Notes: generated by a model from the letters alone, not told the origin. Positions 9,047-19,553 are shown, numbered from the stretch's first letter. The stretch: 64,000 nt of DNA from Minisyncoccota bacterium (GCA_041674225.1 JBAYWG010000003.1:2582-66581); one strand, 5' to 3'. Numbers and translations: made by a program.

Positions 9047-10103
9047 TGCTCTTTTTATACACTAAAACCAACTCCAAAGGAAGCTGTGGCACAGCACTTC
9101 GTCCGATCAAATCGTGAGCTTTTAGAAGTTGCAGGAGGATATCTGAATTTATTTTTATCTCTTTATCCTCAGCAATTTCAATCAAAAACTTCATGTCTTC
9201 TTCTGAGAAAATTTCTGTGAATTGCTTTTTTCGTGAATCAGAAATTTTCATCAAAATAATCGCACGCACTTTGCTCAAAACTAATTCCAAGAAAACTTTC
9301 ATATCGATATTTGATTCAGCTGCTTTTGCCAAAGAATTCAAACCAGCGTCGATATCATCTCCTGCCAAAGATTTTATATAATCATTTACCAACTCAGATT
9401 TTGGTGCGCCAGTCACTCTCTCCACTTCTTCAACTGAAATCTTTTTGTCTTTTGAAGAACTAATTACCTTTTGCAAAATTCCTTGTGCATCCCGGAAAGA
9501 TCCGTCAGCAAGAAGTCCTAACAAATCCGCAGCACTCACCTCCAAAGAAAAACCTTCTGCCTCTGCAGTTTTTTCAATCATGTCTCTCAAGATTTTTTGA
9601 TTAGGTTTTTTGAAAGTATAAGTCTGACAACGAGAAATAATTGTTTCCGGAATTTTTTCTGGTTCTGTAGTAGCTAAAATAAAAATTACATGTGAAGGCG
9701 GTTCCTCTAAAGTTTTTAGAAGCGCGTTGAAAGCGTGTTTTGAAAGCATGTGCACTTCGTCCAAAATATAAACTTTGTATTGTGAATCAAAAGGTTGAGT
9801 GTAAACAGATTCTGTTAGCAAACGCATTTCATCAACTCCGGTGTTTGAGGCGGCATCGATTTCATACAAGTCGTCGGCAGATGTTCCAATTTCTTTAGCA
9901 AAAATTCTTGCAATAGATGTCTTTCCGATTCCACGACTTCCAGAAAAAAGATACGCGTGCGAAATATTTCCAAGCTTAATCGATTCTGCCAAAACAGAAG
10001 TAACGTGCTCTTGTCCTAAAACATCTTTAAATTTTGCCGGTCGATATTTTGTGTACAGAGCAACTCGATCCGCTTGTGTTTTTTCGTCAGTTTTCTTAGC
10101 CAT
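9039..10103 (-). CDS. dnaX: DNA polymerase III subunit gamma/tau
   Basis: LYTKYRP, GSRGIGKT, EIDAASN, ILDEVHML, TIISRCQ. Confidence 0.96.
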   Translation of the reverse strand: MAKKTDEKTQADRVALYTKYRPAKFKDVLGQEHVTSVLAESIKLGNISHAYLFSGSRGIGKTSIARIFAKEIGTSADDLYEIDAASNTGVDEMRLLTESVYTQPFDSQYKVYILDEVHMLSKHAFNALLKTLEEPPSHVIFILATTEPEKIPETIISRCQTYTFKKPNQKILRDMIEKTAEAEGFSLEVSAADLLGLLADGSFRDAQGILQKVISSSKDKKISVEEVERVTGAPKSELVNDYIKSLAGDDIDAGLNSLAKAAESNIDMKVFLELVLSKVRAIILMKISDSRKKQFTEIFSEEDMKFLIEIAEDKEIKINSDILLQLLKAHDLIGRSAVPQLPLELVLVYKKSNE

Positions 10104-10159
10104 ATGCTTGATAAAAAGATTATAGCATAAATGGTAATCTGGGCTTAAATAATTAAATA

Positions 10160-10196
10160 AAAAGAAATCAGCCCTTAGCGCGAACGCTAAGGGCTG
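10160..10196 (-). terminator. intrinsic terminator
   Basis: CAGCCCTTAGCG-TTCG-CGCTAAGGGCTG followed by ATTTCTTTTT on the minus strand. Confidence 0.85.
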
Positions 10197-10535
10197 GGTT
10201 AAATTGGCGACAAATCTATATATCCGAAACGCTATTATCTTTTTTTAAAAAAAAGATAATTAAAACAGTAGCTACGGAGGCTTTTGTACCTCTTTCATGG
10301 CGATGCCTTTCTATCCGGCGGGATTGCCGGAAAATTTCCCGAATTCAATAAAATCTTGTAAATGCTGGCGGTTCCGACCGGCAGCGATTGCGACGATTAA
10401 GTCGCTATTCGTATAGAATTGGCCTGTAGTTCATGGGTAATATTAGTTTGTTTTGCTTTATCCTACTCGAATAAAGCTTCGTACTAGAGCATCTCGAGCT
10501 TTACACAAAGGTTAAGGTCGAAACTGTCCAAGGAA
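10160..10535 (-). ncRNA. candidate structured ncRNA 1 (unassigned)
   Basis: TTGACA-17-TAGGAT promoter (10565-10537), serial hairpins, no credible ORF, ends in a strong terminator. Confidence 0.5.
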
Positions 10536-10624
10536 CATCCTATCATGCATATAAAGTATTGTCAACTAGTTTGCAATGTATTTAAATCATACATCCAATC
10601 AACACTCTGAAATAAGGCTCAAAT

Positions 10625-10930
10625 AAAAGAAAAAGACCTGTGCTTTCGTTGATTGTTGTTTCCTAGAAAAACAACTAAACGTAGCGACCAAGGTCAGATT
10701 TTGATGCTTTATGAGGCATGAAATAAGTTTCGAGAAAAAGTTTTCAGTTACTCTCGATGTACTTTGATTTGTTATTACTCTATGCGGCAAATGGGCCTCA
10801 GATCAACGGGTAATTAATCCATATAACTGTTTTCTTAACAATCCGAGTCGATGACTCAATTTCATACTTTCGTACATCCGAACCTATTAAGGTAAGGTTC
10901 TATTGTTCGGTTCTGTGTAAAAGGACCTCT
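10625..10930 (-). ncRNA. candidate structured ncRNA 2 (unassigned, shares a motif with ncRNA 1)
   Basis: TTGACA-16-TATATT promoter (10965-10938), hairpins, terminal stem GACCT...AGGTC then TTTTTCTTTT. Confidence 0.5.
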
Positions 10931-10965
10931 GACTAAAAATATACTCCTGTCATATTTTTTGTCAA

Positions 10966-11970
10966 CTACTTTGTTCTCAAGAAATCCCCAATGATATTTT
11001 CGATCTCCCCCACGTCTTTAGCCTCCATCAATTTCATTCGGAGTTCTTTGGCACCATCAAAACCTTCAACGTACGCTTTGTAGTGTTTTTTCATCACTGC
11101 AAAATTTTTATGAAATAAAATCTCCGAGAATAATTTGGTATGCTCAATCAAAACCTTCAATCTTTCTTCTAAACTAATATCTCGATCACGAATAATTTCT
11201 TTATTAAAAAACCAAGGATTACCAAAAATTCCCCGACCAATCATCACTCCATCAATTCCAGTTTCCTCAATAATACTTTTCGATTTTTCTAAAGTATCAA
11301 TATCGCCGTTACCAAGCAGAATTGTTTCTGGAGAAATTTTATCTCGAAGTTCAATTGCCTTTTTTGCCAACTCCCAATGTGCAGGAACTTTTGACATTTC
11401 TTTTCTAGTTCGCCAATGAATTGTTAAAGCATCTGGTTTTGTTGAAAGAATTTCTGAAACTCAATCTTCCATTTCTGAGATGTTGTTGTATCCAATACGA
11501 GTTTTGACTGATATGGGTAGTAGCGGCGCGCCTTGGCGCGCCGCTTTTATAATCACCTTCGCCAACTCAGGATTTTTAATTAAGGATGCTCCACTTTTTT
11601 GTTTCTCCACAGATCTATCAGGACATCCCATATTTATATCCAAACCATCAAAACCCAAATCCTGAACAAGCTTCGCTGCCTTCTCCATCATCTCCGGCTT
11701 TCCAGAAAAAAGCTGAGCCACTATCGGACGCTCGGCTTCTGTATATTCCAAATCCTTCAATAATTTTTGTTTTGAAGAAAGTCCTGAATCATCCACATTA
11801 TCGTCAGGTGCCATCACCAACCCATCTGCCGAAACGAATTCTGTCCAAGTTACATCCGGCTTTCCATACTTTGCAAACAAACGACGAAAAGAAGCGTCAG
11901 TCACATCCGCCATTGGGGCCAAAACTATTATTGGTTTATTTAATTGCTTCCAAAAATTCCGAGAAGTCAT
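10966..11970 (-). CDS. dus: tRNA-dihydrouridine synthase with one in-frame TGA (11461-11463): readthrough or recent pseudogene
   Basis: LAPMADVTD, DINMGCP and SVKTRIG in the 5' ORF; the same frame continues MED*VSEILSTKPDALTIHWRTRKEMSK into GNGDI and GVMIGRG...GNPW. Confidence 0.85.
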
Positions 11971-11981
11971 AAGTTCTCTAT

Positions 11982-12998
11982 TTATTCATATCGGACGTTC
12001 TTTTGCAAATAGTTCAGAATATTTTTTGTATCCTTTTCAATATCTTTTGTGTTCAAAATAATAATCGCAATCTTTCTTTTATTGTGTTCCTTTTCACCGT
12101 GATCTCCCTCAAACTCTATTTCAAACAAAGCAACGTTCGTTTTACCCGCAGCATCTATATATCCATTTTTTCCACCTGAATAACCGTCGTAATTTTTAAA
12201 CCTAGAATTTGAATACCAAACTTTATTTCCCAATCTAAAACTTTTATTTAACGTAACTTCAAAAATAAAATTTCGATATTTAGAAATATATTGTACTAAT
12301 TTAAATACATCGTTTGGGCTAGAGACATTTTTTGAAGACAACCCACTAGGATCTTCATAAAAAGTTTTAGTCATTTCCAAAAGTTTAGCTTTTGTATTCA
12401 TGTCTAAAATAAAAGTATATCTTTCATCAAACTCAGCAATAGACTCTGCCACATCATTTGAGGATTCTAAAAGCAAAGGATAGAAAAGAGTTTCTATAGA
12501 ATATTTTTCACCACGACGAACATTTCCCTGCTCACCATAAGTGCTCATAGCTCGGCTAGAAATAACTGTTTCTTTTTCTAAGCCAATATTTTCATCTGCA
12601 ATAACAGCTGTCATCAATTTTGAAAGCGAAGCAATTGGCACAGACTCGTCTTCTCCTTTACTAAAAATAATTTGACCGGTTTCAACATCTCCAACTAAAA
12701 AATATTTTGCTCCAATTGTTGGAAATTTTGCTCCTTCAGCAATTCTATACTTTCTCAAAAAACTTACTTGATCTGTTTCAAAATCATCAGCATAAGGACC
12801 ACCCAAACCATCTTGCACAACAATTCCTCTACCAAAACTTATCTTTCGATGAGCATATATTTCCTGATACTTTTGAGCGCCAAGTGCATACAACTCAACA
12901 GAAACTGTTTTGATTCCAATAAAAGCAAAGTACAGAACAAAAACAGAGACAATTGAAATCAAAATTATTTTTATTGTTTTGTAATTTCCTAAATTCAT
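11982..12998 (-). CDS. D-alanyl-D-alanine carboxypeptidase (peptidase S11)
   Basis: N-terminal TM, PIASLSKLMTA (SxxK), ESSND (SxN), GGKNGY (KTG-like). Confidence 0.88.
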   Translation of the reverse strand: MNLGNYKTIKIILISIVSVFVLYFAFIGIKTVSVELYALGAQKYQEIYAHRKISFGRGIVVQDGLGGPYADDFETDQVSFLRKYRIAEGAKFPTIGAKYFLVGDVETGQIIFSKGEDESVPIASLSKLMTAVIADENIGLEKETVISSRAMSTYGEQGNVRRGEKYSIETLFYPLLLESSNDVAESIAEFDERYTFILDMNTKAKLLEMTKTFYEDPSGLSSKNVSSPNDVFKLVQYISKYRNFIFEVTLNKSFRLGNKVWYSNSRFKNYDGYSGGKNGYIDAAGKTNVALFEIEFEGDHGEKEHNKRKIAIIILNTKDIEKDTKNILNYLQKNVRYE

Positions 12999-15422
12999 TT
13001 AAGCAACAAATTTATCAATTGATAAAGTCCCGTCTGCTTGTGGTTCTAAAATTATCTTGTCTCCGTTCGCAACTTCACCTTTAATCATCGCGTCGGCAAT
13101 TTTCTTTTCAACCAAATCTTGAATTGTTCTTTTTACAGCTCTGGCTCCGAATTGTGGATCGGCCCCCACGTTCACCAAATAATCCACCAATTTTTCTGTT
13201 GCAATAATACTCAAATTTTTATCTTCCAATCTCTTATTAAGAGCAGCCAACATAAGTTTGATAACATTTTTCAAAGCAGTTTGATCCAAAGGATGGAATA
13301 CAATCACTCCATCAAAACGGTTCAAAAGCTCCGGACGGAAAAGTCCTTTTTTTACCACTTCATCAACTATTTTTTGTTGATCCAAAATAATATCTTCTTT
13401 GTTTCTAATTGATTCATAAATAGAATCACTACCAGCGTTGGAAGTAGCAATAATAATTAAATTCCTCGCATTCACTCTCTCACCTCTTCCGTCTGTGAAA
13501 AATCCTTCATCTAAAACTTGTAGAAATAAATCCTGAACGGTCTTTGCACTTTTTTCAAACTCATCCAAAAGCAAAACTCCGTATTGAGATTCTCGAAGTT
13601 TCGAAGAAAGAAATCCTGTCTCGCCAGTTTTCGCTGTTCCGATTAATTTTTCTAGAGCATTTTCTGATGAATACTCCGACATATCCACTCTAATAATTTT
13701 TTCTTCATTTCCAAAAAATACTTCTGCAAGAGCTTTTGTAGTTTCAGTTTTTCCTACACCTGTTGGACCAAGGAAAAGAAATGATCCTGTTGGTCTCTTT
13801 GAATCTGTAAGTCCTGCTCGAGAACGACGCATGGTAGAAGAAATAGCATTTATCGCAGCATCTTGCCCGACAATTCTCTGATGTAAAATCTGTTCTAAAC
13901 TATTCAATTTGGTTTGCTCCGCATCACCGATTTTTCCTTGTGGAATTCCAGTTCTGTTTTCAACAACCTTTTCAACTTTTTCTTGAGTAATTATTTGCAT
14001 CTTTCTTCCGACCGCAGAATCACTTGCGACTTCATTTAATAGATCAACAGCTTTGTCATACAAAGAATCATCAGCAAAAAATCTTTCAGAACTTTTTACC
14101 ACAGCAATCAAAGATTGATATGTAAAAAACACTGGCATTTTAGATTCAATAATATTTGCTTCGTTGTGAATCACCTGCACAATGGCATCATGTTCCAATT
14201 CTGGAATAATAATTTTTTCAAAAAATCTAGTTAGGTCGTGAGAAGTCTCTACGGTCTCGTGATATGCATGAGTATTTGCCACCGCAATAATTTGCAATCT
14301 TTCTGAAGTTAGAGAATTCGCCAATAGACTTTTCACATCCACATCCAAAGCACTCGCACTCGCAATAAAATGCGGTAAATCCTTAATCACAAGAATAACG
14401 TTTCCAGCATTTATTACTTGAGCCAAAACAGAATTCAACTCAGTTTCCAAATCTACTTTTTGTTTCATTGAATCAATGATTGAATCCGTATCTAAAACAT
14501 AAACCTTCTTTCCTTCTATCTCATGTCGCACCGTTCCATTTTCAATTTCTTTTCCAAGAGCAGAAACCCACTGCATCGCCAAAATAGTTTCATTTGCAAT
14601 CAAAAGAATATTTGCACCACTTTGTTTTGCCAAAATTCTTTCCAAATTGTTTACACTTTCTTCAAACAAACTAAGCTTTCCAGAAATACTGTGGAAAATT
14701 GAGTCGTTAGAAATCGGATAACCGTATTTTTCCAAATTATAAATCTGTCCATAAGCCCAATCTCTTCCAATCGAAGGAACACGAGAAAGACGATCTCTGT
14801 GCCACCAAGCTTCCCTTTCAATAACAGTTTTTTGATTTTGAGAAATCCAATCAAGAGTTCCCTTCCAAATATTTCCATCTACACCAAAAGTTCGCAGAAA
14901 TGCGGCGAACTCAATATCAAAATGCAAAATTGAACGAGCGTATTCCGCAACTGTTATAAAAGGATCTTTATCGTTTTCAATCACAAAATATTCATCTTTT
15001 GAAACAGTATGCTTTCTTTCGGATAAAAATCGATTAACTTCTTTTTGTGAAATCCCTACTCGCAACATCGCAAACTGCCCAATATCAGAGTTTAAGAAAC
15101 TTTTTGTAATGTCATCTGTTTTTGTATTTTCAATAATTTTTGCAACTTCAAAATCCATTGAATTTTTTGAAAAGTAATACGAAAAAAACATCGCGTCCAA
15201 AAGATAGAAAGCAATCCAAAGACTGAAAGTAATAAACAGCAATCCTCTGATGTTAAAAGTATAATCTGGAAAAAGACCAAACAAAGAAATTATGAAAGCT
15301 ACAGCAATAAAAAACATCAAAATCTTACGAACATTTTTTCTAAACTCTCGCGGAATAATTTTATCCAAAAGTATGGCTGGATAAACTTCAAAAACTTTTT
15401 GTGCTAATTGGTGAAATTTCAT
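12999..15422 (-). CDS. membrane-anchored ClpA/B/C-like AAA+ ATPase with degenerate first ATPase domain
   Basis: Two N-terminal TM helices; second module GSFLFLGPTGVGKT, LLLDEFEK, FRPELLNRFD, FGAR. Confidence 0.88.
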   Translation of the reverse strand: MKFHQLAQKVFEVYPAILLDKIIPREFRKNVRKILMFFIAVAFIISLFGLFPDYTFNIRGLLFITFSLWIAFYLLDAMFFSYYFSKNSMDFEVAKIIENTKTDDITKSFLNSDIGQFAMLRVGISQKEVNRFLSERKHTVSKDEYFVIENDKDPFITVAEYARSILHFDIEFAAFLRTFGVDGNIWKGTLDWISQNQKTVIEREAWWHRDRLSRVPSIGRDWAYGQIYNLEKYGYPISNDSIFHSISGKLSLFEESVNNLERILAKQSGANILLIANETILAMQWVSALGKEIENGTVRHEIEGKKVYVLDTDSIIDSMKQKVDLETELNSVLAQVINAGNVILVIKDLPHFIASASALDVDVKSLLANSLTSERLQIIAVANTHAYHETVETSHDLTRFFEKIIIPELEHDAIVQVIHNEANIIESKMPVFFTYQSLIAVVKSSERFFADDSLYDKAVDLLNEVASDSAVGRKMQIITQEKVEKVVENRTGIPQGKIGDAEQTKLNSLEQILHQRIVGQDAAINAISSTMRRSRAGLTDSKRPTGSFLFLGPTGVGKTETTKALAEVFFGNEEKIIRVDMSEYSSENALEKLIGTAKTGETGFLSSKLRESQYGVLLLDEFEKSAKTVQDLFLQVLDEGFFTDGRGERVNARNLIIIATSNAGSDSIYESIRNKEDIILDQQKIVDEVVKKGLFRPELLNRFDGVIVFHPLDQTALKNVIKLMLAALNKRLEDKNLSIIATEKLVDYLVNVGADPQFGARAVKRTIQDLVEKKIADAMIKGEVANGDKIILEPQADGTLSIDKFVA

Positions 15423-15820
15423 AGATTTGGAATTTTAAGGGTTGAAATAATTCCGAGAACGAACATTCCCAACAAAACCAAAGGCAATATTAACCAAATT
15501 ATAAAAAATATAGATGAGAATATTATAAAGAAAGCCAAAGAAAATAATCCCAAAATAATAAAGAAACTTCGTATTCCAAAACCAACCAGCCTCATGAGCA
15601 AGTTGGTCACAAGAGCAGAGAAAAAATCTTGAATATCAAATCTTTTTGTAGATTTCACACTTAACTTTTGAAAAGGAACAAAAAGAGTTTGCAAGAGAAT
15701 CTTAATTGAAAACATATTCCAAATAAACCAAATAAAGTTTTTGAATATTCCAATTAAGTCAGAGATGGCTTTAGTGTAATGCCAAGAAATATAATGCGGA
15801 GCAATTAATAAAAAATTCAT
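15419..15820 (-). CDS. hypothetical membrane protein coupled to the Clp ATPase
   Basis: Hydrophobic 133 aa; ATGA stop/start overlap with the ATPase gene. Confidence 0.75.
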   Translation of the reverse strand: MNFLLIAPHYISWHYTKAISDLIGIFKNFIWFIWNMFSIKILLQTLFVPFQKLSVKSTKRFDIQDFFSALVTNLLMRLVGFGIRSFFIILGLFSLAFFIIFSSIFFIIWLILPLVLLGMFVLGIISTLKIPNL

Positions 15821-15838
15821 ATCTATTATTATACAAGA

Positions 15839-16750
15839 TTATTTCAGCTTATAGAAAACTCTATTCCCAAATCTAAGGTCAATATAATCGATGTTTGCAA
15901 ACTGTGCCTGATTAATAGCGTCTCTTTTTATAACTGTTTCTAAATTATCAAAAATTTCCAAAATATCTCCCTCACCATCTATATAAATCTTAACTCTTTC
16001 TTTTGTGACAATCGCATAAACCTCCCCATCATTAGTCCAAATTTCATCCGCTGTAATATTCAATCTTCTCAAAAGCTTCACAAACTCAATAAGATTGTGA
16101 AAAGTTTTTTTATTAGCATAACTTTGTTTTAAAGGATCAACTTCTATAAAACCAAAAGTTTTAATCACCTCACTACTTTTATCATATTCAGTTTTTGCAA
16201 AAACCACTCCGTCTTCGTTTACAAAATAACAATTCGCATTATTAAAACTATTTAAAACTTGTGGAATCGCAGAGCTTTTTATAGACTGAGCTTCTTCTGA
16301 ATCAGCACTTTCTGAACCTTCATACAAAGAGACATTTGAAGGAGTTACGGGCACGTCACACCAAAGAGCTGTCGAAATATACTCTGTTAATTCAACATCG
16401 ATAGTACTCAAACCTTTCAAGTCCACATCCACTTTTTCGATTGAAGAATAATTATTTTTAATTGCTCGAGATATTTTTGATCTAGAAAAAATTAATGCAT
16501 TTGATTTTGCGAAAAGTCCTAAATATCTACCCTCTAACTGTGTCTTAATTAAATCCTCAACTTCCACTCTATTTGCATGTTCAGTTTCATTTACAACAAT
16601 CTGTTGAATTCTCAAAAAACTTGCGTTCGTAATATAAATTAAACCCAAAATCAAAACTGCAAAAATAAAAATTGCCAAGATTAATTTAATCTTTTTCTCC
16701 TTTCGTCTTTTGTCTCGCATTCGCGAAGATTGATAAGGATTTTCCTGCAT
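15839..16750 (-). CDS. FtsQ/DivIB-like cell division protein
   Basis: Basic N-tail, single TM, POTRA-like region, C-terminal YIDLRFGNRVFYK. Confidence 0.75.
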   Translation of the reverse strand: MQENPYQSSRMRDKRRKEKKIKLILAIFIFAVLILGLIYITNASFLRIQQIVVNETEHANRVEVEDLIKTQLEGRYLGLFAKSNALIFSRSKISRAIKNNYSSIEKVDVDLKGLSTIDVELTEYISTALWCDVPVTPSNVSLYEGSESADSEEAQSIKSSAIPQVLNSFNNANCYFVNEDGVVFAKTEYDKSSEVIKTFGFIEVDPLKQSYANKKTFHNLIEFVKLLRRLNITADEIWTNDGEVYAIVTKERVKIYIDGEGDILEIFDNLETVIKRDAINQAQFANIDYIDLRFGNRVFYKLK

Positions 16751-16763
16751 CCTAGATAGTGTA

Positions 16764-18050
16764 CTACGATTTTATTATTTCTGTACCACCCATATACTTT
16801 TTCAAAACTTCTGGCACAGCTACAGTTCCATCTTCTAATTGATAGTTTTCGATTATTGCAATCAACATTCTTCCAATCGCAAAAAGAGTTGCATCATTCA
16901 TGTGAACAAATTCTAATTTTCCTTCTGCATTTTTATATCGAGTATTTAGACGTCGAGGTTGGAAACTTGTCATCAAATCTGCTGAGTGAGTTTCTCTATA
17001 TGTATTTTGTCCTGGCATCCAAGTGTTCACATCGATTTGTCGATAATCAGGAAGACCCATATCACCTGTACATACAAGCATCACTTCATGTGGAAGATTT
17101 AATTTTCTCAACATGTATTCTTGAATTGCTACCAAGAAATCTTGTTCTCTTAGAGAATCTTCTGGTTTTGTAAAAGATTCCATTTCCAATTTATCAAATT
17201 GATGTTGTCTCAAAATTCCTTTTGTATCTTTTCCATATGAACCAGCTTCTCTTCGGAAACATGTTGAGTATCCTAAATATCTGATTGGCAATTCTTCACC
17301 AGCAAAAGTTTCATCCATGTGCATTGGACCCACTGTGTGTTCTGCACTTCCTGCAAGATAAATATCGTCTGCTTCCAAATGATATTTATCTTCTCGAGGT
17401 TCTAGTCGCGCCATTCGATTGTAAACAGCAGGTTTTACAAAAGTTGGAGGAACAATTAAACGAAAAGGTTTTGTACTTACATTCAATCCAGCTTCTTCCG
17501 CGATAGTTTTTAAAATCTCTTCATCTGTCACAGTGTCGAAAGCCATTTGCACAAGAGCAAACTGCATTCGTGCTAAACCTCCTTTAATATATGCAAATCG
17601 TGAACCAGAAACATTTCCAGCTCTTTCACTATCAATGATGTCCAAATCTTTTCCAATATCCCAATGAGCTTTTGGTTCAAAAGAAAATTGTGGAACTTCA
17701 CCCCATTGTCGGATAACTTTATTTTCAGAATCATCTTTTCCAATTGGAGTATCCGCTGAAGGAATGTTTGGAATTTGTAGCATCAATGCGATAAATTTTT
17801 TATCTACTTCTGCAAGTTCAGTTTCCACCACAGCACCTTCTTCTTTTAATTGTTTACCTAAATCAATATTTTGAGTTTTCGCAGCTTCGTTTCTTTGAGC
17901 ATTGATTCCATCCAGCTTTTGTCCAAGCTCTTTCTTTTTGTCAGCAAGTGCTAAAAGATCGTCAAGGTTCACAACCTCCTTAACTTTCTTGTTTTGCATC
18001 GCCATTTCAACGATTTCCCTATTTTCCCTAATGAATTTTGTATCTAACAT
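16764..18050 (-). CDS. serS: serine--tRNA ligase
   Basis: MLDTKFIREN, CFRREAGSYGKDTKGILRQHQFDKLE. Confidence 0.97.
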   Translation of the reverse strand: MLDTKFIRENREIVEMAMQNKKVKEVVNLDDLLALADKKKELGQKLDGINAQRNEAAKTQNIDLGKQLKEEGAVVETELAEVDKKFIALMLQIPNIPSADTPIGKDDSENKVIRQWGEVPQFSFEPKAHWDIGKDLDIIDSERAGNVSGSRFAYIKGGLARMQFALVQMAFDTVTDEEILKTIAEEAGLNVSTKPFRLIVPPTFVKPAVYNRMARLEPREDKYHLEADDIYLAGSAEHTVGPMHMDETFAGEELPIRYLGYSTCFRREAGSYGKDTKGILRQHQFDKLEMESFTKPEDSLREQDFLVAIQEYMLRKLNLPHEVMLVCTGDMGLPDYRQIDVNTWMPGQNTYRETHSADLMTSFQPRRLNTRYKNAEGKLEFVHMNDATLFAIGRMLIAIIENYQLEDGTVAVPEVLKKYMGGTEIIKS

Positions 18051-18101
18051 TTTAGTATTTTTTTATCGCTACATAATAACAAAAATGGCAAATTATAGCC
18101 A

Positions 18102-18965
18102 ATGTTAAAAAAATGCAAATTGTTGGGTAAGAATTATTGGCCAAAGAAGATATTTGAGACACCTTTCCCGCCTGATAAGCTCTGGTATATAGGAGAAGTG
18201 CCGGATTTCTCTCAAAAATTGCTTGCTGTAGTGGGTTCTAGAAAATTCAGTTCTTATGGCAAGCTGGCATGTGAACATATAATAGAAGGATTGCGTGGAT
18301 ACCCGATCACAATAGTTTCTGGGTTGGCGCTCGGCATAGACAGCATCGCTCACCAATCAGCAATTGAAAATGGCTTGAATTGCTTAGCAGTGCCAGGCTC
18401 CGGCCTCGCGCCCAACTCCCTCTATCCTCCCAAGAATCATCGTCTTGCAGAAAGAATTATCGAAAACGGCGGATGTCTAATCTCGGAGTTTGAACCCGAG
18501 ATGCCGTCTTTGCCTTGGATGTTTCCACAAAGAAATAGAATCATGGCAGGAATTACTGACGCCGTATTAATAATAGAGGCCGAAGAAAAATCTGGTACAC
18601 TCATCACAGCTCGACTAGCACTCGATTACAATCGCGAAGTCATGACAATTCCTCATTCTATTTTTTCTCAAAATGGAACTGGTTCAAACAAACTTTTAAA
18701 AGACGGTGCTCATTTGATAAACAGCGCAAAAGATATTTTGGAAATTTTAGGATTTGCTACAGAAGAAAATATTCAAAGAGAATTTGATTTCAAAGATTTT
18801 AGTGACGCAGAAATTTTAATTATTAAAAATTTAGATTCTCCGCAAAATATCGAAGAATTAATTTCAAAAATTGATCTACCAATAAATATACTCAACCAAA
18901 CAATTTCTCTTTTAGAAATCAAAGGAATCATTAAAAGAAATGAAAATATTATTCAATTAAAATAA
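18102..18965 (+). CDS. dprA: DNA-processing protein A
   Basis: AVVGSR, IVSGLALGIDSIAH, FPQRNRIMAG, SGTLITA. Confidence 0.95.
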   Translation: MLKKCKLLGKNYWPKKIFETPFPPDKLWYIGEVPDFSQKLLAVVGSRKFSSYGKLACEHIIEGLRGYPITIVSGLALGIDSIAHQSAIENGLNCLAVPGSGLAPNSLYPPKNHRLAERIIENGGCLISEFEPEMPSLPWMFPQRNRIMAGITDAVLIIEAEEKSGTLITARLALDYNREVMTIPHSIFSQNGTGSNKLLKDGAHLINSAKDILEILGFATEENIQREFDFKDFSDAEILIIKNLDSPQNIEELISKIDLPINILNQTISLLEIKGIIKRNENIIQLK

Positions 18966-18968
18966 TTC

Positions 18969-19553
18969 TTACTTCGCAAAGTGTATATCAACCTCACCTT
19001 CTTTAACTGAAATAATAGGGTGAGTCACAATTAAAACATGAGCCGGTTTTTCTGTTTTATTTTCAAACTGATGAATTTGATTAGATGGGATGTCCATTTC
19101 TAAACCATCTTCACATTTATATTCTTTATCTAGAATTGCTTTCTTTTGCAAAAAATCAATATAACCAGTCCGATAAACTAAGTCCGCTGGTTTTATAAAT
19201 CCAGACTTATCACCCAAAACCACAAACGAAGAAGACCCTACCTCGTGTAGGTGTGCATCTGAAGTTTGCCCTGTCTCAACCTTTGCGACTACAACTTGAT
19301 ATTCTTCAGGTGATCCAACAAATTTTTCTAACATTTCGGGACGCATCCATATCAATTCCAAATCAGCATGTATAGTTTTTTCAAAATCAAATAATTCCTC
19401 TACTGAATATTCTCCATTCAGTATTAAATTGTGTATTTTGTTAAGGGCATCATGTCTTTCTTCTAACATTTTTGGAAACTTATCTAGAGCAATTTCTCTT
19501 TTTTCAAAATTAGAAATCCCTGGTTTTGTTTCTATAAAATCTTTTCTTTCCAT
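18969..19553 (-). CDS. cupin-domain protein
   Basis: AHLHE...FVVLG and DIPSNQIHQFEN cupin motifs. Confidence 0.7.
   Translation of the reverse strand: MERKDFIETKPGISNFEKREIALDKFPKMLEERHDALNKIHNLILNGEYSVEELFDFEKTIHADLELIWMRPEMLEKFVGSPEEYQVVVAKVETGQTSDAHLHEVGSSSFVVLGDKSGFIKPADLVYRTGYIDFLQKKAILDKEYKCEDGLEMDIPSNQIHQFENKTEKPAHVLIVTHPIISVKEGEVDIHFAK

Noticed and set aside
10160-10930. SRP RNA (often upstream of dnaX), RNase P RNA or tmRNA
   Set aside because: No SRP GGAA-tetraloop/AGCAG domain, no GAGGAAAGTCC, no tRNA-like ends.
11461-11463. Selenocysteine codon in dus
   Set aside because: The catalytic Cys (NMGCP) is encoded separately and no SECIS-like hairpin is evident after the TGA.
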